Below are positions 30,696 to 42,366 of a DNA stretch of 64,000 nt, in pieces (position 1 is the stretch's first letter; the number at the start of each line of letters is the position of its first letter). The DNA comes from an uncultured cyanobacterium. GTDB lineage: Bacteria > Cyanobacteriota > Cyanobacteriia > Cyanobacteriales > Cyanobacteriaceae. Location of the stretch: NCBI GenBank assembly GCA_963749915.1, contig CAVVOP010000008.1, positions 352,001-416,000 on the forward strand, in the 5' to 3' direction. Position numbers and translations under genes: made by a program. The notes under the pieces are model-generated. The model was not told the origin of the DNA. It worked only from the letters and a program-made list of their open reading frames with translations, and made no database searches.

Positions 30696-32615
30696 GTGAA
30701 AAATATTAATCTCCATCCTGATACGATCTCCGAAGTTAAAGAAAGAGTTGATTTAGTAGAGGTGGTGTCCGATTATGTAGTAATGCAAAGAAAAGGGCGA
30801 GATTTTGTTGGTTTATGTCCATTTCATGACGAAAAAAGCCCTAGTTTCACAGTAAGCCCAAGTAAGCAAGTATATTATTGTTTTGGTTGTGGTGCTGGAG
30901 GTGGTGCGATTAAGTTTTTGATGGAAATCGGGAAACAGTCTTTTCGGGATGTTATTTTTGATTTAGCCCAACGTTATCAAATACCTATTAAAACTCTAGC
31001 CTCAGAAGATCAAGAAGAAATACAAAAACAAATTTCTTTAAGAGACCAACTTTATGAAATTTTAGCTGTCGCCACTAATTTTTATCAACATAGTTTAAAG
31101 CAACAAGAAGGAGAAAAAGCTTTAAAATACCTTGAAAATCAGCGTAATTTATCTAAGGAGAATATTGAAAAATTTAAACTAGGTTATGCACCTAACTCAT
31201 GGGAAACTTTATATCATTATTTAGTGGAAATTAAGCATTATTCTGTGATGTTAGTTGAACAGACAGGATTAATCAAAAAAAGATCTAAAGGTGAGGGTTA
31301 TATCGATTATTTTCGAGATCGTTTAATGATTCCTATTCAGGATTATCAAGGACGAATAATTGCCTTTGGGGCGAGAAGTTTAGATGATGGTGAGCCTAAA
31401 TATTTAAACTCTCCTGATACAGATTTATTTTCTAAAAGTAAAACTCTATTTGCCTTAAATTTTGCTCAAAAAAGTATTGTTAAACAAGATAAAGTGATTG
31501 TAGTTGAGGGATATTTTGACGCCATAACCCTTCATACTTATGGGATAAACAATGTGGTGGCGGTTTTAGGCACAGCATTAACAGAACATCACGTAAAATT
31601 ACTTTCTCGTTATACAGAATCAAAAGAAATCATCGTTAACTTTGATGCGGATAATGCTGGTTTAAAAGCAACTCAAAGAGTAATAAAAGAAGTAGAAAAT
31701 TTAGTTTATAGCGGACAATTAAAACTAAAAATATTAACTATTCCTAATGGAAAAGATGCCGATGAATTTCTTAAATCTGGTGAAGGAGGAGAAAATGAAT
31801 ATCAAGAATTAATTAGTAAATCGCCTTTATGGTTAGATTGGCAAATTGAGCAAATTATTAACGGTAAAAGCCTACAAAATAGTGCTAATTACGAGGTGGC
31901 TTTTCAAACTTTGGTAAAATTATTAAAGAAAATTACGAACAATGCTACCAAAGATTATTATTTATCTTATTGCACAGAAATTTTAAGCAGTAAAAGAAGT
32001 CAATATTCAGGTTTAAATACTCAGGACTTTAGGAAAATTCACCAAAGTCTGCAATTTGCTCTCAAACAAAATAGTTATTATCCATATAACAGGAAAAACT
32101 CTTACAAAACCGTTGATAAATCTCTCCAAAATAATCAAGTAGAACAGTCGGAGTTTTTGTTATTATTAATTTATCTTCACTGTCCTGATTATCGAGAAAT
32201 TATTATTAATCAACTAGACGAAAAGGATCTAGTATTTAGTTTAGCTTCCCATCGTTTTTTATGGCAAAAAATCTATCAAGTTTCGTCTGATTTAAGCACT
32301 AATAATGATTATAATTCTTTATTAATTAGTGTACAAGAAAATATGGTCAATAATCCAGATATTTACCAACAATTAGCCAACGTATTTAATCTTAGTGAAA
32401 ATGATCAGCAAATTTTATTCCAACCTGAACATTATGTTCAAGCAGCGATCGCCTGTTTAGAAACAGTTAAACTAGAAAAATATAAACAATATTGTCAACA
32501 GAAAATATCAGAATTAACTCAAGAAAAAGACTTAACAAAAATGAGCTATTACTATCAAGAAATTATGGCTACCGAGGTCCAACTAAATCAACAAAAATCT
32601 CTAAGAATGGAGTAA
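30696..32615 (+). CDS. dnaG: DNA primase
   Basis: CPFH.EKSPSF zinc finger, FRDRLM.PI, PKYLNSP, VEGYFD, FDAD.AG TOPRIM motifs. Confidence 0.96.
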   Translation: MKNINLHPDTISEVKERVDLVEVVSDYVVMQRKGRDFVGLCPFHDEKSPSFTVSPSKQVYYCFGCGAGGGAIKFLMEIGKQSFRDVIFDLAQRYQIPIKTLASEDQEEIQKQISLRDQLYEILAVATNFYQHSLKQQEGEKALKYLENQRNLSKENIEKFKLGYAPNSWETLYHYLVEIKHYSVMLVEQTGLIKKRSKGEGYIDYFRDRLMIPIQDYQGRIIAFGARSLDDGEPKYLNSPDTDLFSKSKTLFALNFAQKSIVKQDKVIVVEGYFDAITLHTYGINNVVAVLGTALTEHHVKLLSRYTESKEIIVNFDADNAGLKATQRVIKEVENLVYSGQLKLKILTIPNGKDADEFLKSGEGGENEYQELISKSPLWLDWQIEQIINGKSLQNSANYEVAFQTLVKLLKKITNNATKDYYLSYCTEILSSKRSQYSGLNTQDFRKIHQSLQFALKQNSYYPYNRKNSYKTVDKSLQNNQVEQSEFLLLLIYLHCPDYREIIINQLDEKDLVFSLASHRFLWQKIYQVSSDLSTNNDYNSLLISVQENMVNNPDIYQQLANVFNLSENDQQILFQPEHYVQAAIACLETVKLEKYKQYCQQKISELTQEKDLTKMSYYYQEIMATEVQLNQQKSLRME

Positions 32616-32621
32616 TAATTG

Positions 32622-33479
32622 TTAATCAAATCTCATGCTAATATCTAGCCAGGGCGAGCGAGTAACAGTAGCACTTGTTGAAATATAGTCAACTCCTGTA
32701 GAGGCAATTTTAGTAATATTAGCTAAAGTTACGTTACCAGAGGCTTCTATTTTGATGAGGGGGTTTTCTTGTCGGATTAATTCCACCATCTGAGTCATTG
32801 CCGTTATTGTCATGTTATCTAACATAATAATATCGACTTGATTGGCGATCGCTTCCTTTACCTCATGTAAGTTAGTGGTTTCCACCTCGATACTTAGAGG
32901 ATAAGGCATCGTTTTTCTAATTAAAGTAATAGCATTGGAAATACTACCGGCACCTTGAATATGGTTATCCTTAATCATGATGGCATCATCTAAACCCATA
33001 CGATGATTAATAGCACCACCAACCTGAGAAGCATATTTTTCTAAAATTCTTAAACCCGGAGTCGTTTTCCGAGTATCCACTAGCTTTGTTGGGTAGTCTT
33101 TGATGGCTTCCACATACTTTCTCGCCATAGTGGCAATACCGCTCAAGTGCATGACGATATTCAAAGCAACCCTTTCTCCCGTGAGTAAAGCCGACATTTT
33201 TCCCTCAATTTCCATGATTTTTGTACCTGAAGGCTTTTTTTCTCCTTCTAAGGCTAAATTTTGCCATGTAATCCCTGTATCCAATAACCGAAAAACCCTC
33301 TCGGCGATGGGTAGCCCGGCAATAACTCCCTCCTCTTTAATTATCCAATATGCCTTGCCTTTGGTAGATTTCACCGTAAAAATACAGTCCGTAGTGCGAT
33401 CGCCTCTACCAATATCTTCTAATAACCAATCGCGCAAAAGAGAGTCTAAAATCAAAGGAGAGGGTAAAGTGTAGTTCAT
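32622..33479 (-). CDS. nadC: Nicotinate-nucleotide diphosphorylase (carboxylating)
   Basis: DTRKTTPGLR, NHRMGL, IKDNH, IMLDNM, EASG. Confidence 0.96.
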   Translation of the reverse strand: MNYTLPSPLILDSLLRDWLLEDIGRGDRTTDCIFTVKSTKGKAYWIIKEEGVIAGLPIAERVFRLLDTGITWQNLALEGEKKPSGTKIMEIEGKMSALLTGERVALNIVMHLSGIATMARKYVEAIKDYPTKLVDTRKTTPGLRILEKYASQVGGAINHRMGLDDAIMIKDNHIQGAGSISNAITLIRKTMPYPLSIEVETTNLHEVKEAIANQVDIIMLDNMTITAMTQMVELIRQENPLIKIEASGNVTLANITKIASTGVDYISTSATVTRSPWLDISMRFD

Positions 33480-33577
33480 ATATTCGGTTTTTTACTTGCC
33501 AAAAAGTAGTTAATAATTAAGGCTTTTCTAATAGCTATAATAGACCTCTTGCAAAAGTTAAAAAATCTGGCCGTCAG

Positions 33578-33606
33578 AGGAGTCAGGAGTCAGGAGTCAG
33601 GAGTCA
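33578..33606. repeat. Heptamer tandem repeat (AGGAGTC)x4
   Basis: aggagtcaggagtcaggagtcaggagtca, followed directly by caatactgcgaggg. Confidence 0.8.
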
Positions 33607-34089
33607 ATACTGCGAGGGAGTTGAATATCTTTTTAGGGAGTAACAGTGTGGCTTCACCCATGGATAGGCCTCTTGCTGACTGAACAGAATAGTAATTGTG
33701 AATAATATTCATGTCTTTGTCTCCTTGCGGAATGTTCCTATAGTGTTTACTTTAAAAAAAAATAAATTATCTTACGCACGCACTTAAACGCACCCTTTTA
33801 AGGGTACATGGTTTTTTTGAAAATAACCGGATTTTTTTATCTAATACTAATAAAAACTTTATAATCGGGGTTTGATAATATAATGGGTTAATGTACTAGT
33901 GGTAGAATGCACAATTGAGAATGTACAGTGAAAAACCTTTAATTTTCGTTACTTACGAGAATTTTAAACTCCCGTTTCATTTACGCACTTCACCGCTAGT
34001 GGTCTAGCAATTTTGATAGAACTTAATTTATGACAGTTGACCCACTAGTAACTAATGGTAAATTTACTCTTGAATGGAGATTTTTGAAA

Positions 34090-34602
34090 ATGCACACTGA
34101 TAAATTTCGTTTTAGCTTCCTAGGTTTGATTAGTTTGATTGTGAGTATTAGTCTGCCTGCAAGTTTGCTGAGTATCCAAGTACCAACCCAGGCAGAAGAG
34201 AATAAACCCCAGCCTTCCTCCGAGAAGAACTGCATCCCTCTTAAGGAGGTTACAACTGACCAAACTCAGATCAGGAAAATAATTTCTAGACCAACCCTGG
34301 GAGGGGTCATTAAGACGGGTAATTATAATACCGACTTTGTTGTTCCTACAGGTCAAGGGTTTCAATACTTTGTCGCAGTGATGACCCCTGAAAATGAGGC
34401 TAATTACGAGGTCACGATAAATCTCAAATATCCCAATGGAACCTACGATACCCCCTTCACTCGCAATGTGCCCATGACTCGAGACAAGACCTATAGTTTG
34501 CCGTTTCAATCAGGTACTGAACGCCAACCTTACCAAGTCAACTTTAGAATTGGTGGGTCAGAAAATAATGCTTATACAATTTCAGTTTTGGGTTGTATGT
34601 AA
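34090..34602 (+). CDS. Hypothetical exported protein
   Basis: Hydrophobic N-terminus followed by beta-rich domain; ATG at 34090 chosen (34030 possible). Confidence 0.65.
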   Translation: MHTDKFRFSFLGLISLIVSISLPASLLSIQVPTQAEENKPQPSSEKNCIPLKEVTTDQTQIRKIISRPTLGGVIKTGNYNTDFVVPTGQGFQYFVAVMTPENEANYEVTINLKYPNGTYDTPFTRNVPMTRDKTYSLPFQSGTERQPYQVNFRIGGSENNAYTISVLGCM

Positions 34603-34728
34603 ACGGCAGTTCGTCTCCTAGCCTGGATTATTCATGAAGATAATTGATATACATGACAATCATAGCAATCATAGCAATCATGAAAAGTTCAAATCTTAGC
34701 CGTTCAGAGTATAAATTAACCATCAATT

Positions 34729-36366
34729 TCACAAAATATTTAGCCTTAATAGAGAAGGAGTATTTTTTCCTGAAAAAATGCTGATAGTTAGGGGATTATT
34801 AGTTAAACTTAAATGAGATAAGGATGGTTTTTTTTTCCCTAAATTGATGCTATAGGCCGGAAAATTAGCACAAGTCAAACTTAATCTAATGCTGGTGTTT
34901 TTTTCAATTTTAATGCAGGTTGATTGTGACTTAAATTTGATTGGCTCGTTAACTTTGCGAAGGTTTATTTTAATATATCCTTGACTAAAATTATAAACTT
35001 TGCCATCAGGAAAAACTTGAGAAACCAGTGCGGATAAATCAAAACTTTCGGTATCAGCTTGGGCGTAAATTTCTAATTCTAGGTCACCAATTATCTCTAA
35101 ATCTTGTGTTAAGGGGTCTGAGGTATAAGTGACAATATCGCTCCGATTATCTAATTTTCCTCTATCAAAACTTCCTGCTGATATACTACTATGTCCCCCT
35201 AAGCAGGGAGGCGATCGCCAAAAATCATGAATAATTATATCCTCTTGCTTATCAATATTTTTAATATTTTTGTTTGCTAATTTGCCATCATCGTCTCGAA
35301 TATTGGCTAATCCTGTACTTTTTAAGTAAAATTCTATTTTTTTTTCTTGGGTATAATTATCTAGCTCAATCCATTTATTACTATTAATTTGAAAAAAATG
35401 GATATTTTTACCAGATAAATTTCTATTTTTAATATTTTTTAAATACTTATTAAACCATAAAATTTGCAACTCATTAATATTATTATTTGCCTCTTGAGTA
35501 TAATGGCGATCGCCTAAAGTATTTCCCCAAGGAAGATGACTCCAAGCCCCGATAATTAAACGTTGTTGAAAATTACTTTTTTTGCTCATTTCTTTATACA
35601 AATTTAACGTACCTCGTAAATAAGTATCGAACCAACCGCCAATATGAAGCATTGGTAAATCAACATTTTGAAAGTAAGTTTTTGGGGATAATTTACGCCA
35701 ATAATCGCTATTTTTAGGATGAGTTAACCATTGATAATAAAAATTACCAGGACAATATTTTCTTAAGGCTTCTTCTAGGATAATAGGTATCGCATATAAA
35801 GGTAAATTACGACTAGCTAAATAAAGAGTTTTATAAGCAGTTAAATCACCTTTTAATCGTGCCGTTTCTGCTGCTAATTGTATCGCCCATGCTAAATTTA
35901 ACTCATAACAAAAAGCATCATTTTCATAAGCCCAATCAGTGTATAAATCATAGGCAATCATGGCAGGACAAATGGTTTTTAACGCCGAATGTTGACTAAT
36001 AGCAGAATATAATTGAGTCATGCCTTGATAGGAAAAGCCATACATTCCGACTTTGCCGTTACTTCCCTTCAGATTGGCTACCCAGTCAAGAGTATCGTAA
36101 CCGTCATTAATTTCCGTCTCGAATAATTGAAATTCTCCCTCAGAATCCCCTCTACCCCTCACATCCTGAATCACTACCATATAACCTTGACGAGCATACC
36201 ATTTTGGATGTGCATAAACTACCGTCGAAGCGATGGCCTTTCCGTAGGGTTGACGCATTAATAATACTGGTAATTTCTCATCGGCCATAGGGCGATAAAT
36301 GTCAGCAGTTAGCTTAACCCCGTCACGAGTTACCATGAAGGCCGTTTCTTTAATTACTTCAAACAT
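34729..36366 (-). CDS. CocE/NonD family hydrolase
   Basis: RDGV.L.ADIYRP, QDVRGRG.SEG, GFSYQG nucleophile motif, GGWFD. Confidence 0.9.
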   Translation of the reverse strand: MFEVIKETAFMVTRDGVKLTADIYRPMADEKLPVLLMRQPYGKAIASTVVYAHPKWYARQGYMVVIQDVRGRGDSEGEFQLFETEINDGYDTLDWVANLKGSNGKVGMYGFSYQGMTQLYSAISQHSALKTICPAMIAYDLYTDWAYENDAFCYELNLAWAIQLAAETARLKGDLTAYKTLYLASRNLPLYAIPIILEEALRKYCPGNFYYQWLTHPKNSDYWRKLSPKTYFQNVDLPMLHIGGWFDTYLRGTLNLYKEMSKKSNFQQRLIIGAWSHLPWGNTLGDRHYTQEANNNINELQILWFNKYLKNIKNRNLSGKNIHFFQINSNKWIELDNYTQEKKIEFYLKSTGLANIRDDDGKLANKNIKNIDKQEDIIIHDFWRSPPCLGGHSSISAGSFDRGKLDNRSDIVTYTSDPLTQDLEIIGDLELEIYAQADTESFDLSALVSQVFPDGKVYNFSQGYIKINLRKVNEPIKFKSQSTCIKIEKNTSIRLSLTCANFPAYSINLGKKKPSLSHLSLTNNPLTISIFSGKNTPSLLRLNIL

Positions 36367-36395
36367 GGGGAATTAATTGATAATTGATAATGAAA

Positions 36396-36689
36396 CTAAA
36401 CTTTCATATTTCGCCATGCTTTAAGTTGATTACCTTGACGAAAAATAATTGATTTAGCAAGAGATAATCTTTCCATTATCGTCATCAAAACCTCAGCATT
36501 TTCCTTGATTACTTCTAACAAATAAGGACAAGTTTCAAAATTTAGGCACAATACTGTCGAAGAATCCCAAGTTTCTCTATAAATCTGGCATTCGGGAGGC
36601 AAAGTGGCCACCAGAAGACGAAATCTATTTAAAACTTCTTGCTCAAAATCATAACTGGTGGATTTCAGTAAAAACTGCGACTCAGACAT
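36396..36689 (-). CDS. Hypothetical protein
   Basis: 97-aa ATG-initiated ORF co-oriented with neighbours. Confidence 0.6.
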   Translation of the reverse strand: MSESQFLLKSTSYDFEQEVLNRFRLLVATLPPECQIYRETWDSSTVLCLNFETCPYLLEVIKENAEVLMTIMERLSLAKSIIFRQGNQLKAWRNMKV

Positions 36690-36894
36690 ATAGTAAGTAT
36701 CAACTCTTCACGGTTACTAATTATAAGCTAACACTGTTTTCCGTTAAGAAAATTTAATTTTTACGAAAATAGTTAACAATTAAGAGTTAAAAGTTTACAA
36801 TTTTTCCCCTGATCCTCCTTGTCTTCCCATCACCAAAGTCCAAGGGTAAAAAAAAACTACTCTTATGAGGTTAGGGGGTTAGGGGAAATATCTC

Positions 36895-39800
36895 TTACTG
36901 AGTAAGGGTACGACGTTTGAATACCATTTCGTAGGCTTCAATATTATCGCCTTCTTGCCAGTCACTAAATTTATTGACGGCTATACCGCACTCAAAACCA
37001 GAAGCAACTTCTTTCACATCATCCTTGACACGACGCAGAGAATCTAAGTTACCGCTATAAACCACTCGACCATGCCGTAATACCCGGATAAAGCGGTTTC
37101 TGACCACTTTCCCTGATGTCACATAACAACCAGCCACAGCACCTTTCCCAACGGAGAATACCGCTCTTACTTCGGCTTTACCTAGACTTTCTTCTACTTC
37201 TTCAGGATCGAGTAATCCTTCCATTGCTCCTTCAATTTCATCAAGCAACTTATAAATTACATTGTATTCTCGAATATCAACCCCCTCCTGTTCAGCGGCT
37301 TGTCTGGCATTGGGAGCTAAATTTGTATTAAAACCAATTACAACAGCACCACTAGCGGCGGCTAAGTCAACGTCAGTTTCAGTAATTTCCCCAGCGTTGG
37401 ATAGTAAAACTCGAATTTGAACTTCTTTTTGGGGTAATTGTTTCAAAGATCCCATAATCGCTTCCACAGAGCCCTGTACGTCGGCTTTGAGGATTAAATT
37501 GAGCTCTTTTAATTCCCCTTGTTGTGCCTGGGCTGATAAAGTACTCAGAGTTACCCGACGAGAGGACATGGCTTGTTGTAAACGGGTGTCTCTTTGATCC
37601 GAAGCACGACTTTCAGCGATCGCTTTCGCTTCTTTCTCATTTTTATAAACATCAAACTCATCACCAGCGGCGGGAACTTCATTTAAGCCTAAAATTTCCA
37701 CCGCAAAAGAAGGAGTAGCGGCCTCTACTTTATCACCACGATCATCTATCATCGCCCGAATCTTACCAGCCACAGAACCTGCCACAATAATATCCCCAAC
37801 TCTTAAAGTTCCATTTTGAACTAATAGGGTCGCTACAGGACCTCTGGCACGATCTAAGTGTGCTTCGATAACCGTACCTTTCGCCAGACGATCAGGATTG
37901 GCAGAAAGCTGTTCCATTTCCGACACTAAGACAATCATTTCTAAGAGTGTATCTAGGTTTTGACCGTTTAAGGCACTAACAGGCACCATAATCGTATCAC
38001 CCCCCCAATCTTCAGGCACTAACTGCAAATCCACTAACTCTTGTTTGACACGATCGGGATTCGCCTCGGGTTTATCCACTTTATTAATAGCAACGACAAT
38101 CGGTACTTTTGCCGCTCTGGCGTGACTAATAGCCTCTTTGGTTTGAGGTCTGACACCATCGTCGGCAGCTACCACTAAAACCGCAATATCGGTAACTTTG
38201 GCACCCCGTGCTCGCATTGCTGTGAAGGCTTCGTGACCAGGGGTATCAAGAAAGACAATCTGCTGAGTTTTACCTTCATGCTCGACATCGACATGATAAG
38301 CTCCGATATGTTGAGTAATTCCCCCTGCCTCTCCTTGTACGACTTTTGTATTTCTAATAGAGTCTAAAAGGGTAGTTTTACCATGATCTACGTGACCCAT
38401 GATGGTGACCACAGGAGGACGTTGTTGTAATTTATCAAGATCCGCCTCCATAATCATTTCGGTTTTAGCGGCACTGGCTTTTTCTTCTTCCGTAATTACT
38501 TCCACACCTAAATCGGAGGCGACAATTTTGGCAATTTCGAGATCAAGAGTTTCAGTGATATTAACCGCGATGCCTTTAAAGAAAAGTAGTTTGATTATTT
38601 CTGTGTCAGGGGTGTTAAGCAATTCTGCTAAATCCCTTAAAGTCGGATTCTGTTTCAGAACGATAAATTCAGGTACTTCTTGTTTATCTGGCTTCGCTTT
38701 TTTCTCTACTTTAACTTCAGTTTTGTCAAATTTTGGTTTTTGTCTTCTCGGAGAACGATTTTTTTCGGGAGGCTTCGGCAGTTCACTAACTTGTTTATCA
38801 GGACGAGCTAATGCTAGATTGAGTATTTCACTATCAAGATCATCATCGTTAATATAGTGACTTAAATCATCATCCTCGTCATCTATAACCAAAGAGCGAC
38901 GTTTCTTAACAGTTTTTTTACTTTCTTTAGAATCGTCTTCATCTTCCCAAGTCGCTTCTTGAGCTTTACTCAAGGGTTTTTTTGGTTTTTGTTTCGCTCT
39001 TGTGGGTTTTTCTAGTAGGGTAGGTTCAGCTCCAAAATCATCATCGGCAGTGAGGGATTTTTCCTCTAAATCGTCATCAATATCTAAGTCAGGTTCAACA
39101 ATGTCAACGACTCGTTGGGGTGGCCTGTGCAATTTTGGTTTAGGAGTTGCTTTATTCTCAATTCCTGTAATGTTTTCTTCCTTAGAAATCAAAGGTTTTT
39201 TAACAGGTTTGAAAGTTGCTTCCTGATCTGCGATTTCAGCCATTTCTCCAACCTCCTTAGGACGCTGATCATTTTTAAAGCGGCGAGGGGAGTGACTTTT
39301 ATTTTTATTCTGAATTTTTGGTTTTGGTCTTTTATCCTCATCGGTGGAGAACGGGTTCAACAGTGAAGAATCTTTCTCACAGATGTCTCCAGGGAATTTA
39401 CTCCCACTACTTTTAGATTTATCGATATGAGTGATAGGAATTGACTTATTAGCTGGTTTATTCCCACCAACTTGGGGACGTGATGGAGGCCCTTTGAGTT
39501 CTTGTTCTGAATCAAATGTCCCTTCTGTAACTTCTATAGAACCATTAATTTCAGAAGACGGAGGCATCTGAGGACGAGGAGGAGTTAAAAGACTGGGATT
39601 TTCCTTGGATGTCTCCGATTCCGATATCTCGGAAGATGTACTTGCGTATATGGCAAGAATTTCTGGCTTTTTATTTTTGGGTTTCAAGTCTGACGCAGTC
39701 GGATTTTTTGATTCTTTGTTGATATTTTTCTTAACTTGTTGATTGGCAGATGTCATATGATAGTTTTTAGCTGCTTCTTTTATATTCTGGGCTTGAGATT

Positions 39801-39924
39801 CAGTGATGGTACTGCTATGATTTTTGACATCAATCGACAATTCGGAACATATTTCTAATACGTCCTTATTATCTAACGCAAGCTCTTTTGATAAATCGTA
39901 TATTCTTACTTTTCCGTTTTTCAT
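36895..39924 (-). CDS. infB: Translation initiation factor IF-2
   Basis: [39 protein letters not shown]; in the rimP-nusA operon. Confidence 0.97.
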   Translation of the reverse strand: MKNGKVRIYDLSKELALDNKDVLEICSELSIDVKNHSSTITESQAQNIKEAAKNYHMTSANQQVKKNINKESKNPTASDLKPKNKKPEILAIYASTSSEISESETSKENPSLLTPPRPQMPPSSEINGSIEVTEGTFDSEQELKGPPSRPQVGGNKPANKSIPITHIDKSKSSGSKFPGDICEKDSSLLNPFSTDEDKRPKPKIQNKNKSHSPRRFKNDQRPKEVGEMAEIADQEATFKPVKKPLISKEENITGIENKATPKPKLHRPPQRVVDIVEPDLDIDDDLEEKSLTADDDFGAEPTLLEKPTRAKQKPKKPLSKAQEATWEDEDDSKESKKTVKKRRSLVIDDEDDDLSHYINDDDLDSEILNLALARPDKQVSELPKPPEKNRSPRRQKPKFDKTEVKVEKKAKPDKQEVPEFIVLKQNPTLRDLAELLNTPDTEIIKLLFFKGIAVNITETLDLEIAKIVASDLGVEVITEEEKASAAKTEMIMEADLDKLQQRPPVVTIMGHVDHGKTTLLDSIRNTKVVQGEAGGITQHIGAYHVDVEHEGKTQQIVFLDTPGHEAFTAMRARGAKVTDIAVLVVAADDGVRPQTKEAISHARAAKVPIVVAINKVDKPEANPDRVKQELVDLQLVPEDWGGDTIMVPVSALNGQNLDTLLEMIVLVSEMEQLSANPDRLAKGTVIEAHLDRARGPVATLLVQNGTLRVGDIIVAGSVAGKIRAMIDDRGDKVEAATPSFAVEILGLNEVPAAGDEFDVYKNEKEAKAIAESRASDQRDTRLQQAMSSRRVTLSTLSAQAQQGELKELNLILKADVQGSVEAIMGSLKQLPQKEVQIRVLLSNAGEITETDVDLAAASGAVVIGFNTNLAPNARQAAEQEGVDIREYNVIYKLLDEIEGAMEGLLDPEEVEESLGKAEVRAVFSVGKGAVAGCYVTSGKVVRNRFIRVLRHGRVVYSGNLDSLRRVKDDVKEVASGFECGIAVNKFSDWQEGDNIEAYEMVFKRRTLTQ

Positions 39925-40049
39925 CCACAAATTGCCCTGGGTGTACTATATTATAACTGTTTTTGGTAAATTTTTATCAGATTTTTAATCTTAAACTTAA
40001 TATTTTACTATTTAATAATATTTTACTATCTTCTATTCCCCTTTTTCTC

Positions 40050-40322
40050 CTAACTCCGAACTCCCCTGAGTCTGTGCCATAATTGTTCGTAAATTTCCGA
40101 AGGGATATCGGTTTTTAAAGCCCTAGTTAAACGCTTTTTTTTCTTAGCTAAACTTAGACACTGTGGTTGGGGACAAATATAGGCAGATCTTCCCATGCCT
40201 TCATCTAAGGTTACTCTTTGCTCCGGATAAGTCCTGATAATACGCCAAAATTGCCTTCGATCATCTACTCGATGACAACTAATACAGCGTCGATAATTTT
40301 GTTGTTTACTCGGATTCTTCAT
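40050..40322 (-). CDS. ylxR: YlxR (DUF448) family protein
   Basis: RRCISC, GRSAYIC, RAL motifs; between nusA and infB. Confidence 0.88.
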   Translation of the reverse strand: MKNPSKQQNYRRCISCHRVDDRRQFWRIIRTYPEQRVTLDEGMGRSAYICPQPQCLSLAKKKKRLTRALKTDIPSEIYEQLWHRLRGVRS

Positions 40323-41457
40323 CTAAATATTTCGATTTCGATTTAATGTCAATTTTCCAACCTGTTAGACGAGCAGCCAGACGAACGTTTTGTCCTTCTT
40401 TACCGATGGCTAAACTGAGATGATTGTCTGGTACAACTACTAAAGATTGTTTTTCCTCAGGATTAGTTAATTTTACCAAATCAATTTGGGCAGGACTTAA
40501 TGAATTGGCGATATAAGTAGCGGGATCTGGTGACCAGCGAATTACGTCTATTTTTTCTCCTTTTAATTCATTGACTACGGCTTGAATACGGGATCCTCTT
40601 GCTCCAATACAAGCACCAACGGGGTCAACATCTCTTTCTAAGGTATCTACCGCGATTTTTGTCCGGGCACTGACGGAACGATTATGAGGATTTGCTTCTC
40701 TAGCGATCGCCACAATTCTCACAATACCTTCCTCAAATTCTGGAACTTCGTTATCGAAAAGATAAACCACCAAACCAGCATCAGCACGGGAAACTAATAA
40801 TTGTGGGCCTCTTTGAGAGCCCTCTCGAACTTTTTTGAGATAAACCTTAAAAGTGGCATTAGCACGATAATTATCACTGGCAATCTGTTCATGGTGGGGT
40901 AATTCCGCCTCAACTTCCGGTCTTCCGTGTGCACTTTGAAGAGTCATAATGACGGACTGGCGTTCAAAACGAAGCACTTTGGCCTGTAAAACCGTGCCTT
41001 CTAATTCTTTAAATTCTCTCTGAATAAGGGCTCTTTGTTGATCTTTTAATTTCTGTTGTAAGACTTGCTTGGTCTGCATTGCCGCCATGCGCCCAAATTC
41101 CTTTTGTTCAGGAGTTACATCCACTAAAACCTCATTCCCAATTTGCACTTCATCATTAAACTCTTGTACTTCAGTTAAGGAGATTTGATGATCGGGATCT
41201 TCTACAGATTCCACTACCATTTTCAGGGCCAAAACCCTAAATCCTTCTTCTTCTATATCAAGTTCTAGTCTAAAGTTATCGAAATATTCATCAGGAAAAG
41301 GTTGATGAGTGCTGGTTTGTTTCGATCGCCGAAAACGCTCATAACCTTTAAATAAAGCTTCCCGTAAGGCTTCCCTGACGGAATTTTCTGGTAAGTTATG
41401 ACTTTTACTGATTTCTTCAATCAGCATTTTTAAACCTGGTAATTGAACGATACTCAT
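40306..41457 (-). CDS. nusA: Transcription factor NusA
   Basis: FGRMAAMQTKQ, S1 and KH domains, AIGKEGQNVRLAARLTGWKIDI. Confidence 0.96.
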   Translation of the reverse strand: MSIVQLPGLKMLIEEISKSHNLPENSVREALREALFKGYERFRRSKQTSTHQPFPDEYFDNFRLELDIEEEGFRVLALKMVVESVEDPDHQISLTEVQEFNDEVQIGNEVLVDVTPEQKEFGRMAAMQTKQVLQQKLKDQQRALIQREFKELEGTVLQAKVLRFERQSVIMTLQSAHGRPEVEAELPHHEQIASDNYRANATFKVYLKKVREGSQRGPQLLVSRADAGLVVYLFDNEVPEFEEGIVRIVAIAREANPHNRSVSARTKIAVDTLERDVDPVGACIGARGSRIQAVVNELKGEKIDVIRWSPDPATYIANSLSPAQIDLVKLTNPEEKQSLVVVPDNHLSLAIGKEGQNVRLAARLTGWKIDIKSKSKYLDEESE

Positions 41458-41580
41458 AATAGTTAATAGTTAATAGTGGGAAATTGACAATTGATTGATA
41501 GTTGACAATTAATAAAGGCAGAAAGTAGAGGGCAAAAGATTAATTTTCTTCTAGTTTCCTAGTTTTCTCATTCTCTCTTT

Positions 41581-42042
41581 TTACTCTTTATTCTCTAGTC
41601 GGACTCGTGTGACGATGTCTCTGGGAATACTCACCATTTTGCCTTTACAGTTGATGTATATTGCTTTTTCGTCTCTCCCCTGAAGATTTCCTTGCCATCG
41701 AGTGTGTTTTTTATATTCCGTGTTAGTTTCCACCATGACGGGAAAACCTTTAAAACTAATAAATTCTCGATCTGTGATTAAATTATCACCAATACCAGGA
41801 CTAGAAATTTCTAACATATAAGCCGAGGGGATAATGTCCCTAGCATCGAGGGTTTCTTCTAATAAACGACTCATTTTTTCACAGTTATCAAGACTGGTAT
41901 CCCCTGATTGGTTACGAATATCCACCCTTAAAACAGGAGGGTTTTTGTTGGTTTGAAATGCCAAGGTTACTATTTCTAGGTTTAATTCTTGGGCAATAGA
42001 TTGGGCTATTTCTGTGATATTTGGTATCAGCGGATGAGTCAT
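41581..42042 (-). CDS. rimP: Ribosome maturation factor RimP
   Basis: C..MSR...E.LD, Y.LEISSPG; first gene of the nusA operon. Confidence 0.93.
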   Translation of the reverse strand: MTHPLIPNITEIAQSIAQELNLEIVTLAFQTNKNPPVLRVDIRNQSGDTSLDNCEKMSRLLEETLDARDIIPSAYMLEISSPGIGDNLITDREFISFKGFPVMVETNTEYKKHTRWQGNLQGRDEKAIYINCKGKMVSIPRDIVTRVRLENKE

Positions 42043-42083
42043 AAATTAGATGAAAAATCGATGGAATAACAATAAAAAGCGAC

Positions 42084-42250
42084 AAAAAAAGCGGGTTATA
42101 CCCACTCCGTCGATGACATTTCTTAACCGAACTCTCTTTCCGACATTATTTCCAGACCGCCATTTCTAGGGAGTTTCTACGCCTTTAGAGTGGTCTGAAT
42201 TTTTAACTTAATGGCAAGATGGCGAAAAAGCCGAGTTTTAGATGCTCCAT
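42084..42250 (-). ncRNA. ssrS: Probable 6S RNA
   Basis: Minus strand forms a rod (ttcagaccact/ggcggtctgga plus closing stem) with an A/U-rich central bulge; extended -10 tgctatgat upstream; hairpin plus T7 tail downstream. Confidence 0.6.
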
Positions 42251-42366
42251 ATCACATCATAGCATAAAACTCAGATTTTAGGTGTTGCTGAATCGAACTG
42301 TGAACCATAGATAGGATAGAGAATAGTTACATCCCAGAGGTCAAGCCAAAAGGTGTAGAGAAACTT

